A DNA stretch of 64,000 nt from Candidatus Nanoarchaeia archaeon (lineage in GTDB: Archaea; Nanobdellota; Nanobdellia; SCGC-AAA011-G17; GW2011-AR17), in contig JAQTVM010000005.1 in assembly GCA_028706745.1 (NCBI GenBank), forward strand, positions 5,165-69,164, given 5' to 3'. The notes under the pieces are model-generated. The model was not told the origin of the DNA, did no database searches, and worked only from the letters and a program-made list of their open reading frames with translations. Both the position numbers and the translations under genes were made by a program. Shown in pieces: positions 38,655 through 48,737 of the stretch; position 1 is the first letter of the stretch; each line of letters begins with the position of its first letter.

Positions 38655-39755
38655 ATGTCAACACTAACAACACTGGAAAAGCACAAGCTCAAGAAGTTCA
38701 TAAGAAGCTTGGAGCTGATACGCGGAAGGCACACTGAATTAGTATCAGTTTACATTCCCGCCGGCTATGACTTGAACAAGATAATCAACCATATCTCGCA
38801 GGAGCAGGGCACTGCATCAAACATCAAGGACAAGACAACAAGAACCCACGTCACTGATTCATTGGAAAGAATGATAAGGCACTTGAGACTATTCAAAAAT
38901 ACCCCTCCAAACGGATTAGCGGTATTCTCCGGAGATGCGTCAGAAAGGGAAGGAAAGCCTGACATACAGGTATGGTCAATAGAGCCTCCGCAGCCGATAA
39001 ATACAAGATTATACCGATGCGAGCAGACATTCCAATTGGATATTCTCAAGGAAATGATGGAAGTAAAGGAAGTTTTTGGAATAGTCACTTTGGACAGGAG
39101 AGAATGCACAATAGGATTATTGAAAGGAACGCAGATAGCTGTATTAGACAACATAACTTCAGGCGTTCCGGGAAAGGTCAAGGCAGGAGGACAGAGCGCT
39201 CAGCGTTACTCCCGCCTTCGTGAGGAAGCTTCAAAGGAATTCTTCAAGAGAATCGCTTCTTTGATGCAGGACCATTATCTCGAATTAAAAAACCTGAAGG
39301 GCATAATAGTGGGAGGTCCGGGTCCAAGCAAATTAGACTATCTTAATGAGCCTTACCTCAATAACCAGCTTAAGCTGAAAATCATTGCAGTGCAGGACAT
39401 AAGCTACACAGACGAGTTCGGGTTAAGGGAACTGGTTGAAAAGAGCCAGGATGTATTGGCAAAGGAAGCAATCACTGAGGAAAAGGAAGTAATGCAGAAA
39501 TTATTAAAGCAGTTGGCTGTAAAGCCTGAGATGATTGCGTATGGAAAGGATGAAGTCCTGAATGCGATTGCGTTGAATGCAGTTGACAAGGTCCTGATTT
39601 CTGATTTTGTTGAAGACACGATTGCGAATGACATTGAGGAAAAGGCAGAGGCGTCAGGCGCAAAAGTAATGTTCATCTCATTGGACACTCCTGAAGGAGT
39701 GCAGTTAAAGGAGATTGGCGGGATTGCCGCTTTCCTAAGATACCAATTAGCTTAA
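38655..39755 (+). CDS. prf1: Peptide chain release factor aRF1.
   Basis: The GGQ motif KAGGQSAQRY is present. A TATA box tatataaa lies about 47 nt upstream. Confidence 0.85.
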   Translation: MSTLTTLEKHKLKKFIRSLELIRGRHTELVSVYIPAGYDLNKIINHISQEQGTASNIKDKTTRTHVTDSLERMIRHLRLFKNTPPNGLAVFSGDASEREGKPDIQVWSIEPPQPINTRLYRCEQTFQLDILKEMMEVKEVFGIVTLDRRECTIGLLKGTQIAVLDNITSGVPGKVKAGGQSAQRYSRLREEASKEFFKRIASLMQDHYLELKNLKGIIVGGPGPSKLDYLNEPYLNNQLKLKIIAVQDISYTDEFGLRELVEKSQDVLAKEAITEEKEVMQKLLKQLAVKPEMIAYGKDEVLNAIALNAVDKVLISDFVEDTIANDIEEKAEASGAKVMFISLDTPEGVQLKEIGGIAAFLRYQLA

Positions 39756-39800
39756 TTATTTAGCAAACGTTAATAAACAATCAATACATAAGGAAAAAAC

Positions 39801-40196
39801 ATGGCATTTGAAGAGGAAACTGCAGTAACAATGGCTGACGGCCAGTTCGTGGCAATAGGCGAATTGGTTGAAGGGGATGAAGTCATGGCATTGGATATTG
39901 AAAAGAAGAAAATGGTGCCTGCAAAAGTAACTGCACTGGTTCCTGCAAAGCTGGAAAAGGTAGTAAGCGTGAGAATTGCAGAGGAGCTGACCTGCTCTGA
40001 GGAGCAATTATTTGTTATGAAGGACTTTTCATCAAAGAAAGCAGTTGACTTGAGGCCCGGGGACATTGTATTGACAGAGCAGATGCTGGAAGCGGCTGTA
40101 AAGTCAGTGAGGGCTGTTGAAAGGCAGGCGGAATTGACTGCAATCAAGACAGACAAGGGCACGTTTGTGGCAGAAGGAATTATAGTCAGTGAGTAG
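39801..40196 (+). CDS. Hypothetical protein.
   Basis: ORF only. It is followed by a GTAG heptamer array. Confidence 0.4.
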   Translation: MAFEEETAVTMADGQFVAIGELVEGDEVMALDIEKKKMVPAKVTALVPAKLEKVVSVRIAEELTCSEEQLFVMKDFSSKKAVDLRPGDIVLTEQMLEAAVKSVRAVERQAELTAIKTDKGTFVAEGIIVSE

Positions 40197-40250
40197 GAAG
40201 TAGTTTGTAGTAGGTAGTATGTAGCAAAGTAGGCGGGTAGCGCAATAGGT
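40192..40250 (+). repeat. Tandem approximately 7-bp repeats containing GTAG (6-8 copies).
   Basis: The sequence reads gagtagg aagtagt ttgtagt aggtagt atgtagc aaagtagg cgggtagc. Confidence 0.55.
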
Positions 40251-40270
40251 AAGCAGCATGGTGGCAAATA

Positions 40271-40942
40271 ATGGCTTCTAAAATAAAAGTAATATCCTTT
40301 GACATGGACGGATGCCTTACTGACGAGGAATTTGATGACACTTTCTATTTTATCGAGCTTCCGAGCATTATAGCAAAAAAACGGAAAATCTCTTTCACTG
40401 AGGCATTTGATTTTGCAACAGAAGCATACGACAGCATGCGCGGAGAAAAACAGTGGACAGACCCGACTTACTGGATTAAGCGCTTTGAAATAGATGATTC
40501 ATTCAAGGATATTATAAAAAACTTAAAAAAAGAGCTGAAGCATTACAGGGATGCAATTCCGGTATTGGAATCTTTAAAAAAAGATTACAGGCTGATAATA
40601 ATTTCTTCAGCAACAAGGCACTTCCTTGACCTGAAGCTTGACGAGGAAGACATAAGGCAGTACTTTGAAGCAACTTACTCAATGTCTGACGACTTCGGCA
40701 CAATGAAGAAAGAGCCGGAGATATACAAGGAGATATGCAAAAAACTTGGAATAATAACAGATGAAATAGTCCATGTCGGCGATTCAAGAACGCACGACTA
40801 CGAGAACCCGGTAAAGGCAGGGATAAAGGCATTCCTGCTGGAAAGAAAGCCAATATCAATTGAAAAAAGCCGTTCTGAGAAGGACAGCCATATTGTTCAT
40901 ACGCTTTACGAGTTTGAGGAAAGGGCAAGGGCGCTGAGGTAA
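40271..40942 (+). CDS. HAD-superfamily hydrolase.
   Basis: It carries the motif I sequence ISFDMDGCLTD. Confidence 0.7.
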   Translation: MASKIKVISFDMDGCLTDEEFDDTFYFIELPSIIAKKRKISFTEAFDFATEAYDSMRGEKQWTDPTYWIKRFEIDDSFKDIIKNLKKELKHYRDAIPVLESLKKDYRLIIISSATRHFLDLKLDEEDIRQYFEATYSMSDDFGTMKKEPEIYKEICKKLGIITDEIVHVGDSRTHDYENPVKAGIKAFLLERKPISIEKSRSEKDSHIVHTLYEFEERARALR

Positions 40943-40997
40943 ATATTTTCATTAAGTATATAAATTAGCAATCTCTCGATATATTGAGGTGATTTTA

Positions 40998-41102
40998 ATG
41001 AAGAAATCTAAACAGCCGGCAAATCAAGCCAATATCGACGTAGAGGAAATAAACGAAGAAGAGAAGAGTGAAGGGATTACTAGTAAGCTTAATAACTGTT
41101 AA
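40998..41102 (+). CDS. 34-aa peptide MKKSKQPANQANIDVEEINEEEKSEGITSKLNNC, a candidate RiPP precursor.
   Basis: A GAGGTGA Shine-Dalgarno sequence lies 8 nt upstream, with a TATA-like tatataaa about 25 nt upstream. Its stop is 11 nt before the radical-SAM gene. It is below the ORF-track size cutoff. Confidence 0.35.
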   Translation: MKKSKQPANQANIDVEEINEEEKSEGITSKLNNC

Positions 41103-41112
41103 GTCCAAATAG

Positions 41113-42888
41113 ATGGCTAAAGAATTAGTGCTTAAGCAAAATAATGGTGGATATAATCTTTTATTTTTAAATAAACATAAATATCTTAAAATTAAATATA
41201 CAAATAAATCTGTTATAAAAAATAGCTTATCGTCAATCTTAAATAAATATTCTATAAAAGATAAAGCTAATGACATACTCAAACGCAGCAGGAAAGGAAG
41301 TTTGGATGTTTTGGATATCGCAATAACAGGGCAATGCAATCTTAGCTGCAGGCATTGTTATTGGGGCAATAAGAATATTGCATATAAAGATTTGCCGTTT
41401 GTAAAGCTAAAGCACATTTTTTTGGATGCCAAAAAATTAGGGGCTCATACTGTGGCTTTAACAGGCGGAGAACCTTTTATGCATAAAGACATTGGCAAAA
41501 TATTGGCATTTCTTAATAAAGAGAGGTTTAGAATAGTAATCGTTACTAATGGCACACTTATCAACGATTATATTAATATTATAAAAAAATATAAGCCCCA
41601 TACTGTTGTAGTAAGCTTGGATGGGTTTAAGCATGAATTTGAGCAAATAAGGGGCACAAACTGGGAAAATGTCGTAAATAATATCTTATTGCTCAAACAG
41701 GCAGGCATATATGTAAGAATAAATTGCGTCCTTTCAGAAAGCATCTCAAATCAGATTAAAAAATTCAAGGATTTTTGCCTAAATCAATTAAAAGTGGATC
41801 GTGTTGCGTTTCTTCCTGTTGCATTCAGGGGAAGCGCTTCCAAAAATAAGGATATTTTCATAAAATATAAGCAGGTAACAGAAGCCATTTGCAATGAATA
41901 CTCATCAGACATTATGAATTGCCGCCCATTTTATAATAAAGTGTCAATTGGATTTGATGGACTAGTTTATCCCTGCCAGTTTTTCAGGGAAATAGATTTT
42001 TACAGGCTTGGCAATATAAATGAGAATTCTCTCATTAGAATCTATAAGCTGATTCAATCATCAGGTTTAATGCCTGCAGAGACCAGCATAAAATGTAAGA
42101 ATTGCAAGCATCTTAATATTTGCGGAGGGGGCTGTTGGGGGAGAGCCGTTGCCATTTTAAATAATCCAAATGCGCCGGACCCTGTCTGGTGCGATTTGTT
42201 TAACGGAAAAGAATCAAATTCCATGCTTCTTCCTGAAGCAAACAATCCTCTTTATTCTGCTCTATCAAAAGATTATATAACGGCATATGAGAAGCCGCAA
42301 TTGCTTTATGATAAAGCAACGAACTTAATTAAAGAATTGCATCCTAAAAGTATTTTGGATATAGGATGCGGTGACGGCTCTTTTCTTAAACAGCTTAAAG
42401 GTAACGATAAGAGAAAAGGCATAGACAGTTCAAAGGAACTTATACTTGAAGCAAAAAAATATTCAAAAGGAGCCATATTCGAAATTGCTGATATTCGTTA
42501 TGCTGTTTTCCATAAAAAATATGAGTTGGCGACAGCAATATACTCTTTTTTTAATCATTTTCAGAACAGAACTGACATCGAGCTTATTTTTGATAAAATT
42601 AAATATGTTTCCGAGTATTTTCTTTTTGATGCAATTGAGCCTAAAAAATTCCCCCCTGTTTCTGCTATCAAGCATGAATCAAATAAATTTTGCATGCACC
42701 AGTTTGTATATAGGGATAACCAAGCAGTTTATGATTTAAGAAAATACATTAAAGGCAAAAAAGAGCTTTTTTATGCTTTATCCTTTCCCATAATCAATTG
42801 GGAACACTTTTTTAAAGAACATAAATTTATAGTTTTGACTAAAGAAAGAATCTCTAAAACAAGAGTACTATATTTATTAAAACTATAA
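41113..42888 (+). CDS. Radical SAM/SPASM-domain enzyme fused to a C-terminal class I SAM-dependent methyltransferase domain.
   Basis: It carries CNLSCRHCYW (CxxxCxxC), Cys-rich SPASM segments CKNCKHLNICGGGCWG and the methyltransferase motif I ILDIGCGDGSF. The locus is strongly AT-rich relative to its flanks. Confidence 0.7.
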   Translation: MAKELVLKQNNGGYNLLFLNKHKYLKIKYTNKSVIKNSLSSILNKYSIKDKANDILKRSRKGSLDVLDIAITGQCNLSCRHCYWGNKNIAYKDLPFVKLKHIFLDAKKLGAHTVALTGGEPFMHKDIGKILAFLNKERFRIVIVTNGTLINDYINIIKKYKPHTVVVSLDGFKHEFEQIRGTNWENVVNNILLLKQAGIYVRINCVLSESISNQIKKFKDFCLNQLKVDRVAFLPVAFRGSASKNKDIFIKYKQVTEAICNEYSSDIMNCRPFYNKVSIGFDGLVYPCQFFREIDFYRLGNINENSLIRIYKLIQSSGLMPAETSIKCKNCKHLNICGGGCWGRAVAILNNPNAPDPVWCDLFNGKESNSMLLPEANNPLYSALSKDYITAYEKPQLLYDKATNLIKELHPKSILDIGCGDGSFLKQLKGNDKRKGIDSSKELILEAKKYSKGAIFEIADIRYAVFHKKYELATAIYSFFNHFQNRTDIELIFDKIKYVSEYFLFDAIEPKKFPPVSAIKHESNKFCMHQFVYRDNQAVYDLRKYIKGKKELFYALSFPIINWEHFFKEHKFIVLTKERISKTRVLYLLKL

Positions 42889-43102
42889 GCAAGAATATGT
42901 TTTTTCATTTAATTGCTTCTCTTAATGCCAAAATAATTAACTGTATGAATAAATGCCGGAGTCCTGCGAGCTTGCGAGTGGGGCTCGGAGCGCAGCGACA
43001 GAGGCGGGCTTTCTATGCCTTCTTTCTTCACCCTCCACACGCCTTATAATGCCTCTTTATTCAATAACAAACTTTAAAAACAAATAATGCTTTTTCTACA
43101 CC

Positions 43103-43918
43103 ATGGACGATATGCAAAACAAGGTAGAGGCTGTGCTCTTCATTACAGGCAGCTACATGACAATGGAAGACATTGGAAAATCAGCAGGAATAGGCTCTGA
43201 AGGGCTGGTGAAAGCAGCTGTAGAAGGGCTTAAGAAGTCATACGATGAAAGAAACGGCTCGCTTGAAATAATCGAGAATGAAGGCAAATACAAGATTGCG
43301 TTAAGAAAGGACTATGTCCAGTTTTCAACAAAGCTTTTGTCAAGCACTGAGTTAGACCGCCCTGTTCAGGAAACTTTGGCAATAATCGCTTACAAGCAGC
43401 CGATACTTCAGGCAGACTTAATCAAGGTAAGGGGAAACGGCGCTTACGAGCATATTCACACATTAAAGGAAATGCAGTTCATTGTGTCTGAGAAGTTCGG
43501 AAGGACAAGAAAGCTAAAATTAGCCCCGAAGTTCTTTGACTATTTTGACATTGCAGGCGACATGCTTAAGGCGAAATGCGATGAGATAGGGCTGAAAGTG
43601 GGGACTGTTGAAAGGATTGAAAAAAAGGATGGCAAGGAGCAGGCTTCGCTGGAAGAATACAATAAAGATGAAAAAAAGGAAGATGATTTCCAAAAGGCGC
43701 CTTCTGAAGAAAACAATCAGCCTGAGCCGTCTGAGCCGAACCCCGAGAGCATACCCCCTGATCCTGAGGATATTCAGCCTGAAAAGCCTGATGTAAAAGA
43801 TCCCAAGAAAAAGCAGGATGTTTCAGAAGAAGAGCCGTCTGATGAACCTGAAGAGCCCGACGACAATCCTGATGAGCAAGAAGAGCAGGCAGAGTTAAGC
43901 GAGGATGGAAAAGCATGA
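43103..43918 (+). CDS. scpB: Segregation and condensation protein ScpB with acidic C-terminal tail.
   Basis: ScpB winged-helix segments VEAVLFITGSYMTMEDI and AIIAYKQPILQADLIKVRG are present. Confidence 0.65.
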   Translation: MDDMQNKVEAVLFITGSYMTMEDIGKSAGIGSEGLVKAAVEGLKKSYDERNGSLEIIENEGKYKIALRKDYVQFSTKLLSSTELDRPVQETLAIIAYKQPILQADLIKVRGNGAYEHIHTLKEMQFIVSEKFGRTRKLKLAPKFFDYFDIAGDMLKAKCDEIGLKVGTVERIEKKDGKEQASLEEYNKDEKKEDDFQKAPSEENNQPEPSEPNPESIPPDPEDIQPEKPDVKDPKKKQDVSEEEPSDEPEEPDDNPDEQEEQAELSEDGKA

Positions 43919-45378
43919 AAAGGGATTATGCAATCCTTTTAGTCATATTTATTCTTGTCCTTTTTCTGAGGCTTGTGTTTGTATCGCAGACCCCTTATTT
44001 CAGCGATGACTCTGCATACTATAATCTCAGGCACACTGATTATATTTCGGAAAATCACCAGCCAATGATTTTTGACGAATTAAGCTATGGCGGAAGGTAT
44101 GTGATTGATTCGCACATATTTCACTTAATGCTTGCCGGATTTAACTCTTTCCTCCCTTACTTCGTTGTATTCAAGCTATTGCCTGAAATATTGTTTGCGT
44201 TGCTGATTTTCATAGTGTATGCCATTGCAAAAAGGCTTACTGCGAACACAACCGCCCCTTTGTTGGCAGCCCTAATATCCGGATTCATACCAATATTCAT
44301 GGCAAACACAGTTAACACGCTTTCAGTTTATTCTCTGGTTCTTCCCCTTATCTTTTATCAGGTTTACTGCCTTATGAACATTGAAACGCACAGGGGAAGG
44401 TTCATTGTGCTTTCATTTCTTCTTCCAATAATACACCCATTCACTGCAATACTCGCAATCTCTTTTGTGCTTTACGCAGTGCTTCTGAGCATAGAGTCAA
44501 TAAAAATGAAAAAGGCGGCAAAAGAGGCTGTTCTTTTCTTTGTTTTGCTTGTTTCCCTGCTTGGAATCATTGTTTACAAGAAAGCGTTCATTGAATTCGG
44601 GATTTACGCTGTGTTGCAGAACGTGCCTTCTGCATTGTTCAGCTCCTACTTTCAGGGCATTAACCTGCTTTCATTGATTTACAACATAGGCATTATTCCG
44701 CTTATACTCGGCTCCCTCGGCATTGTATTCGGGATTTCATGGGAAAAGAATGATTCGGCATTTCTTTTAAGCGGGCTTGTGCTTGCTGATTTTATTTTGC
44801 TTTTCCTAAGGCTGATAAACTTCAATACCGGGATGATTTTTCTGGGCATTCTGCTTTCAATACTCTCTGCAATATCCATCAGCAAGGCAATTTCTTACAT
44901 CAAGCTTACAAAGTTTTCAAAGTTTAAAAATTCAATATTTGTTGTTTTCATTGTTCTTATCGTGATTTTGCTGGGAATCCCTTCTTATACAGGCACAAGC
45001 AAAGCCATAGAAAAAACAGTTTCATCAGACGAGATTGCAGCGCTGGAATGGCTTAGGGGCAATTCAGAGCAAGATTCAACAGTCCTTGGGAATATAAATG
45101 AGGGCAATCTTATAGAATATATTGCGCAGAGAAAAACAGTTGCAGACAGCCTGTTCATGTTTGCTCCTGATAGGTATGATGATGTTAAATTAATGCTTAC
45201 AACAGAATCATTGGTAAAGGCAACGCAGCTTATGCACAAGCATAGTGTTGATTATGTGCTTATGTCGCAGTCAACAAAAGATATGTACAATATGGAGGAC
45301 CTCAAGTATGCCAAGACAGAATGCTTTGAAGAAGTATTTGTCAGGGAAAAAGCAAAGGTTTACAGGCTGGTCTGCTAG
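43915..45378 (+). CDS. GT-C fold membrane glycosyltransferase-like protein (ArnT/PMT/STT3-like).
   Basis: It has about 12 TM helices. The first loop has DDSAYYNLRH and FDELSYGGRY. Confidence 0.5.
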   Translation: MKRDYAILLVIFILVLFLRLVFVSQTPYFSDDSAYYNLRHTDYISENHQPMIFDELSYGGRYVIDSHIFHLMLAGFNSFLPYFVVFKLLPEILFALLIFIVYAIAKRLTANTTAPLLAALISGFIPIFMANTVNTLSVYSLVLPLIFYQVYCLMNIETHRGRFIVLSFLLPIIHPFTAILAISFVLYAVLLSIESIKMKKAAKEAVLFFVLLVSLLGIIVYKKAFIEFGIYAVLQNVPSALFSSYFQGINLLSLIYNIGIIPLILGSLGIVFGISWEKNDSAFLLSGLVLADFILLFLRLINFNTGMIFLGILLSILSAISISKAISYIKLTKFSKFKNSIFVVFIVLIVILLGIPSYTGTSKAIEKTVSSDEIAALEWLRGNSEQDSTVLGNINEGNLIEYIAQRKTVADSLFMFAPDRYDDVKLMLTTESLVKATQLMHKHSVDYVLMSQSTKDMYNMEDLKYAKTECFEEVFVREKAKVYRLVC

Positions 45379-46753
45379 CATTCTGCTGGCTCTGGCTCTT
45401 GTATTAAGCCTGTTGCTTGTTTTCTTATTCAGGAGTCCGGATGCAATGCTGCCGGGTTCAGAAGCATACTTCCTTGTTAGAAGCGCCGCCGAGTTCAGCT
45501 TTGAAGATGAACTGAGCTTTGGCGGAAGGTTTGCAGCTTATCCGATTGGCGCAAGAGCTGTTCTTTCAATAGTTCCTGATTTCATAATCCCTCTTGTGCC
45601 TTTCATATTGGGGGCAATAAGCTTCTTATTGTTTATGCTCCTGCTGAAAGATTTCGGAATAAGGCAGAAAAAGCTGGCTTTGGCTGTCTTGATAGCGTCG
45701 CCTTCATTTATTTGGCTGTTTAATACCCTGAACTCAGCTTCATTTGCAGTATGCTTCGGCTTGCTTGGCTTCTGGCTGTTTTCAAGAAAGTCATTTGCAA
45801 GAGTGCTTTCAATTCCCGCTTTTATTGCAATTCCCCTGTTTGATTTTACAATCGGGCTGCTTTCCCTTGCAGTTCTGTTCTTTTACGGTTTTTTCATGCT
45901 GAAAAGAAAAAAGCTTCTTTTTGTCACACTTGCATTTTCAATAATTGCATCAGCAGCATACTACGGATGGCTCGTCTGGAATGCGGGCTTTGAAAGGGTT
46001 ATGTTTGAGACAGGAGCAACAGGCTTTAATGCAGCATTGTCATCATTTATTTCAGATTTGGGAGCAGGCTATGGAATAGGGATTTTTGCATTAATCCTGG
46101 CAGTATTTGGCATAATCTCCTGCTGGGATGAGAAATACAAAAACCTGTTTGTTTTCTTTTCAGTGTCGCTGCTTTTCGCAGCAGGATTTTTCCTGCCGAA
46201 GGCCATACTGCTCCTCAACTTCTTCATCGCAGTGTTTGCGGCATTGGGATTCAATGATATTTACAATTCAAGATGGGATAACAAGATTTTCAGGAACTTT
46301 GTCCTGCTTATACTCGCGTGCGGGCTTTTGTTTTCATGCATTTCATACTGCCAGAGATTTGCTGCAGAAGAGCCAAATCCGGGGACAATAAAGGCAATGG
46401 AATTTCTTGAATCGCTTCCTGAAGGCACAGTATTCTCTGATTACGGCAACGGGCATTTTATCTCATTTGCAGGCAAGAAAAGCGTGATGGACGGCAATTT
46501 GTGGCTTGCCCCTGATGTGAATGAAAGATGGAGCGATTCGCAGGAATTATTCAATACAAGGGACTTGGAAAAGGCAAAATCAATAATTGTAAAATACGGC
46601 ATAAAATACATCTGGATTGACAGCGCCATCATGCAGAAAAAATGGAAATCTCAGGAAGACGGGCTGATGTTCCTGCTTAAATACAGCAAGTCATCATTTA
46701 AGAATATTTATAACAGGGAAGGAGTGCAGGTTTGGGAGGTAATAACTGAATGA
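45308..46753 (+). CDS. GT-C fold membrane glycosyltransferase-like paralog. The start is uncertain.
   Basis: It has the same architecture as the previous gene and a first-loop motif EDELSFGGRF. The track ORF starts at 45245 and overlaps the previous gene. Confidence 0.45.
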   Translation: MPRQNALKKYLSGKKQRFTGWSASILLALALVLSLLLVFLFRSPDAMLPGSEAYFLVRSAAEFSFEDELSFGGRFAAYPIGARAVLSIVPDFIIPLVPFILGAISFLLFMLLLKDFGIRQKKLALAVLIASPSFIWLFNTLNSASFAVCFGLLGFWLFSRKSFARVLSIPAFIAIPLFDFTIGLLSLAVLFFYGFFMLKRKKLLFVTLAFSIIASAAYYGWLVWNAGFERVMFETGATGFNAALSSFISDLGAGYGIGIFALILAVFGIISCWDEKYKNLFVFFSVSLLFAAGFFLPKAILLLNFFIAVFAALGFNDIYNSRWDNKIFRNFVLLILACGLLFSCISYCQRFAAEEPNPGTIKAMEFLESLPEGTVFSDYGNGHFISFAGKKSVMDGNLWLAPDVNERWSDSQELFNTRDLEKAKSIIVKYGIKYIWIDSAIMQKKWKSQEDGLMFLLKYSKSSFKNIYNREGVQVWEVITE

Positions 46754-48018
46754 TTTCATTCCCGATACTTTTTGTATGGGGGCTTTATGCCTTTTCAATG
46801 TTCTTCCTCATATTTTGGCTCCTGACTTTTTTGGACAAGGAAACTGAAAAAGAAAAGCCAAAACTGGATTCATTCCCAAAAGTCACAATAACCATTCCGG
46901 TGCTTAACGAGGAAGACACGATAACAAAAACACTTATGTCTGCAATAGAACTTGACTACCCGAGGGATAAGCTTCAGATAATTGTGGTAAATGACGGCTC
47001 AAGAGACAGGACAAGGGAAAGAATTGAAAAAGTGGTGTGGAATCATCCTGAAACAGATATTTTGCTCATTAACCACCCGAAGAACAGGGGCAAGGGGGAG
47101 TCGATGAATGAGGCGTTGAAAATATCAAAAAGCGAATTCTTTACCTGCCTTGATGCTGACTCATTCATAGAGCCGAAAGCCCTGAAAAAAATGCTGCCTT
47201 CATTTGCAGATCCCAAAGTTGGCGCAGTGCTTCCGCTGATGAAGGTTTACAAGCCAAAGACAATACTGGAGAAAATGCAGTGGTGCGAATATATACTCAA
47301 TCTTTTTATGAAGGGGATAATGGCAAGCAAGGACTGCGTTCATGTCATTCCCGGCCCTTTCGGGGTTTACAGGGCGGATGTAATAAAAAAGCTTGGCGGA
47401 TTTGCAGAAAAGAACATAACAGAAGACATGGAAATTTCCCTGAGGCTCCAGAAGCACCATTACAAGATTATACAGCTGCTGAGCGTTAATGTTTATACAG
47501 TTGTTCCAAAAACATTAAAAGGCATTTTCAGGCAAAGGAACAGGTGGTACAAGGGAACCATGATTAACATGTACAATTATAAGGGGCTCATATTAAACAA
47601 GAAATACGGGGATTTCGGCATGGTGCAGCTTCCCCATGTGACAGTGTCCGGATTTCTTGCTGTTGTATCTCTTCTTATTGTTTCATATACAATGGTAATC
47701 AAGCCGTTTGTCAAATGGCTTTATGACATGAGCTATATTAATTTTGACTTGCTGTTTGTGTTTAAGAGATGGCTTTATTCAATGCTGAATAATTTTTCAT
47801 TGCTTAACATAAACCTCACCAACTTATTTTTCGCAGTGTCAGCTCTTGCCTGTTCCCTAACATTTTTATACTTTGCATACAAGTTTACAAGGGAGAAAAT
47901 ACTGAATCACGGCATAATAGCGGTGCCGGCATACCTGCTGCTTTACAGCTTCATAGCTTCGGCAATATGGGTTTCGGTATTTTTTGAGCTGATAATAGGA
48001 AAGGTGCAGAAATGGTAG
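46750..48018 (+). CDS. Glycosyltransferase family 2 with C-terminal TM helices.
   Basis: It carries ITIPVLNEED...IIVVNDGSRD and the DxD motif in LDADS. Confidence 0.75.
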   Translation: MISFPILFVWGLYAFSMFFLIFWLLTFLDKETEKEKPKLDSFPKVTITIPVLNEEDTITKTLMSAIELDYPRDKLQIIVVNDGSRDRTRERIEKVVWNHPETDILLINHPKNRGKGESMNEALKISKSEFFTCLDADSFIEPKALKKMLPSFADPKVGAVLPLMKVYKPKTILEKMQWCEYILNLFMKGIMASKDCVHVIPGPFGVYRADVIKKLGGFAEKNITEDMEISLRLQKHHYKIIQLLSVNVYTVVPKTLKGIFRQRNRWYKGTMINMYNYKGLILNKKYGDFGMVQLPHVTVSGFLAVVSLLIVSYTMVIKPFVKWLYDMSYINFDLLFVFKRWLYSMLNNFSLLNINLTNLFFAVSALACSLTFLYFAYKFTREKILNHGIIAVPAYLLLYSFIASAIWVSVFFELIIGKVQKW

Positions 48019-48716
48019 AGCTTGTGCAAAGGAGGATAAGCCGGAAGAACATTGCAATAGCGGCAATAATCACATTTTTATTCTTCTCTCTTGGAATCCT
48101 TATGGGCGTGCTTCTTACTGAAAAGAGGGTTGAGTCGCTGGAGCTTGTTGCATCTTCCCAGAAATTGGATTATGAAAGCATGCAGCTGCAGACATTGTTT
48201 CTTGAAGAATCTACAGGCGCTGACAAGTGCCTTATTGTGTCAAAGGCAATGGAGGCGCACATGAACACCCTTAGCAATACAGGCGACAAGATTGAAACAT
48301 ATATTCAGAGTTCGCAGGTTTCAGGTACAAGCTTTGAAGAGGTAAAAAGGGAATACATACTTGCCCAGCTTAAGTACTGGCTTCTGGCAAAGAAAGCCGA
48401 GAAGCTTTGCAGCACAGGCACTATTTCAATAATATATTTTTATTCAAATACAGAGGCATGCTCAAATTGCGGAGCCCAGTCAAGGGTTCTCACTCATTTG
48501 AAGGAAATATTTCCTGACGAACTGCTTGTTTTCTCGTTTGACGCATCTTTTGAGCAGGAGGCAATGATACAGATGCTCAAGACAGTTTATGGCATAACAT
48601 CTTATCCCACTCTGCTTGTTGATGACAGAAAGCACGAGGGCATGGTTACTGAAGAAGAACTGGTTGAAGAAATCTGCGCAAAGCTGGGAGATGAGCATCC
48701 GGCGTGCAGCAGTTAG
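48012..48716 (+). CDS. Membrane-anchored thioredoxin-like protein (CxxC).
   Basis: It has an N-terminal TM segment, the CxxC motif CSNC and a cis-Pro-like YPTL. Confidence 0.45.
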   Translation: MVELVQRRISRKNIAIAAIITFLFFSLGILMGVLLTEKRVESLELVASSQKLDYESMQLQTLFLEESTGADKCLIVSKAMEAHMNTLSNTGDKIETYIQSSQVSGTSFEEVKREYILAQLKYWLLAKKAEKLCSTGTISIIYFYSNTEACSNCGAQSRVLTHLKEIFPDELLVFSFDASFEQEAMIQMLKTVYGITSYPTLLVDDRKHEGMVTEEELVEEICAKLGDEHPACSS

Positions 48717-48737
48717 CTGTTAATTACTCATTACTTA

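Noticed and set aside
40995-41339. A 114-aa minus-strand ORF overlaps the start of the radical-SAM gene.
   Set aside because: It is AT-rich antisense to a well-supported gene and to the small peptide ORF. Its composition is hydrophobic junk (FLLRLSMSLALSF...).
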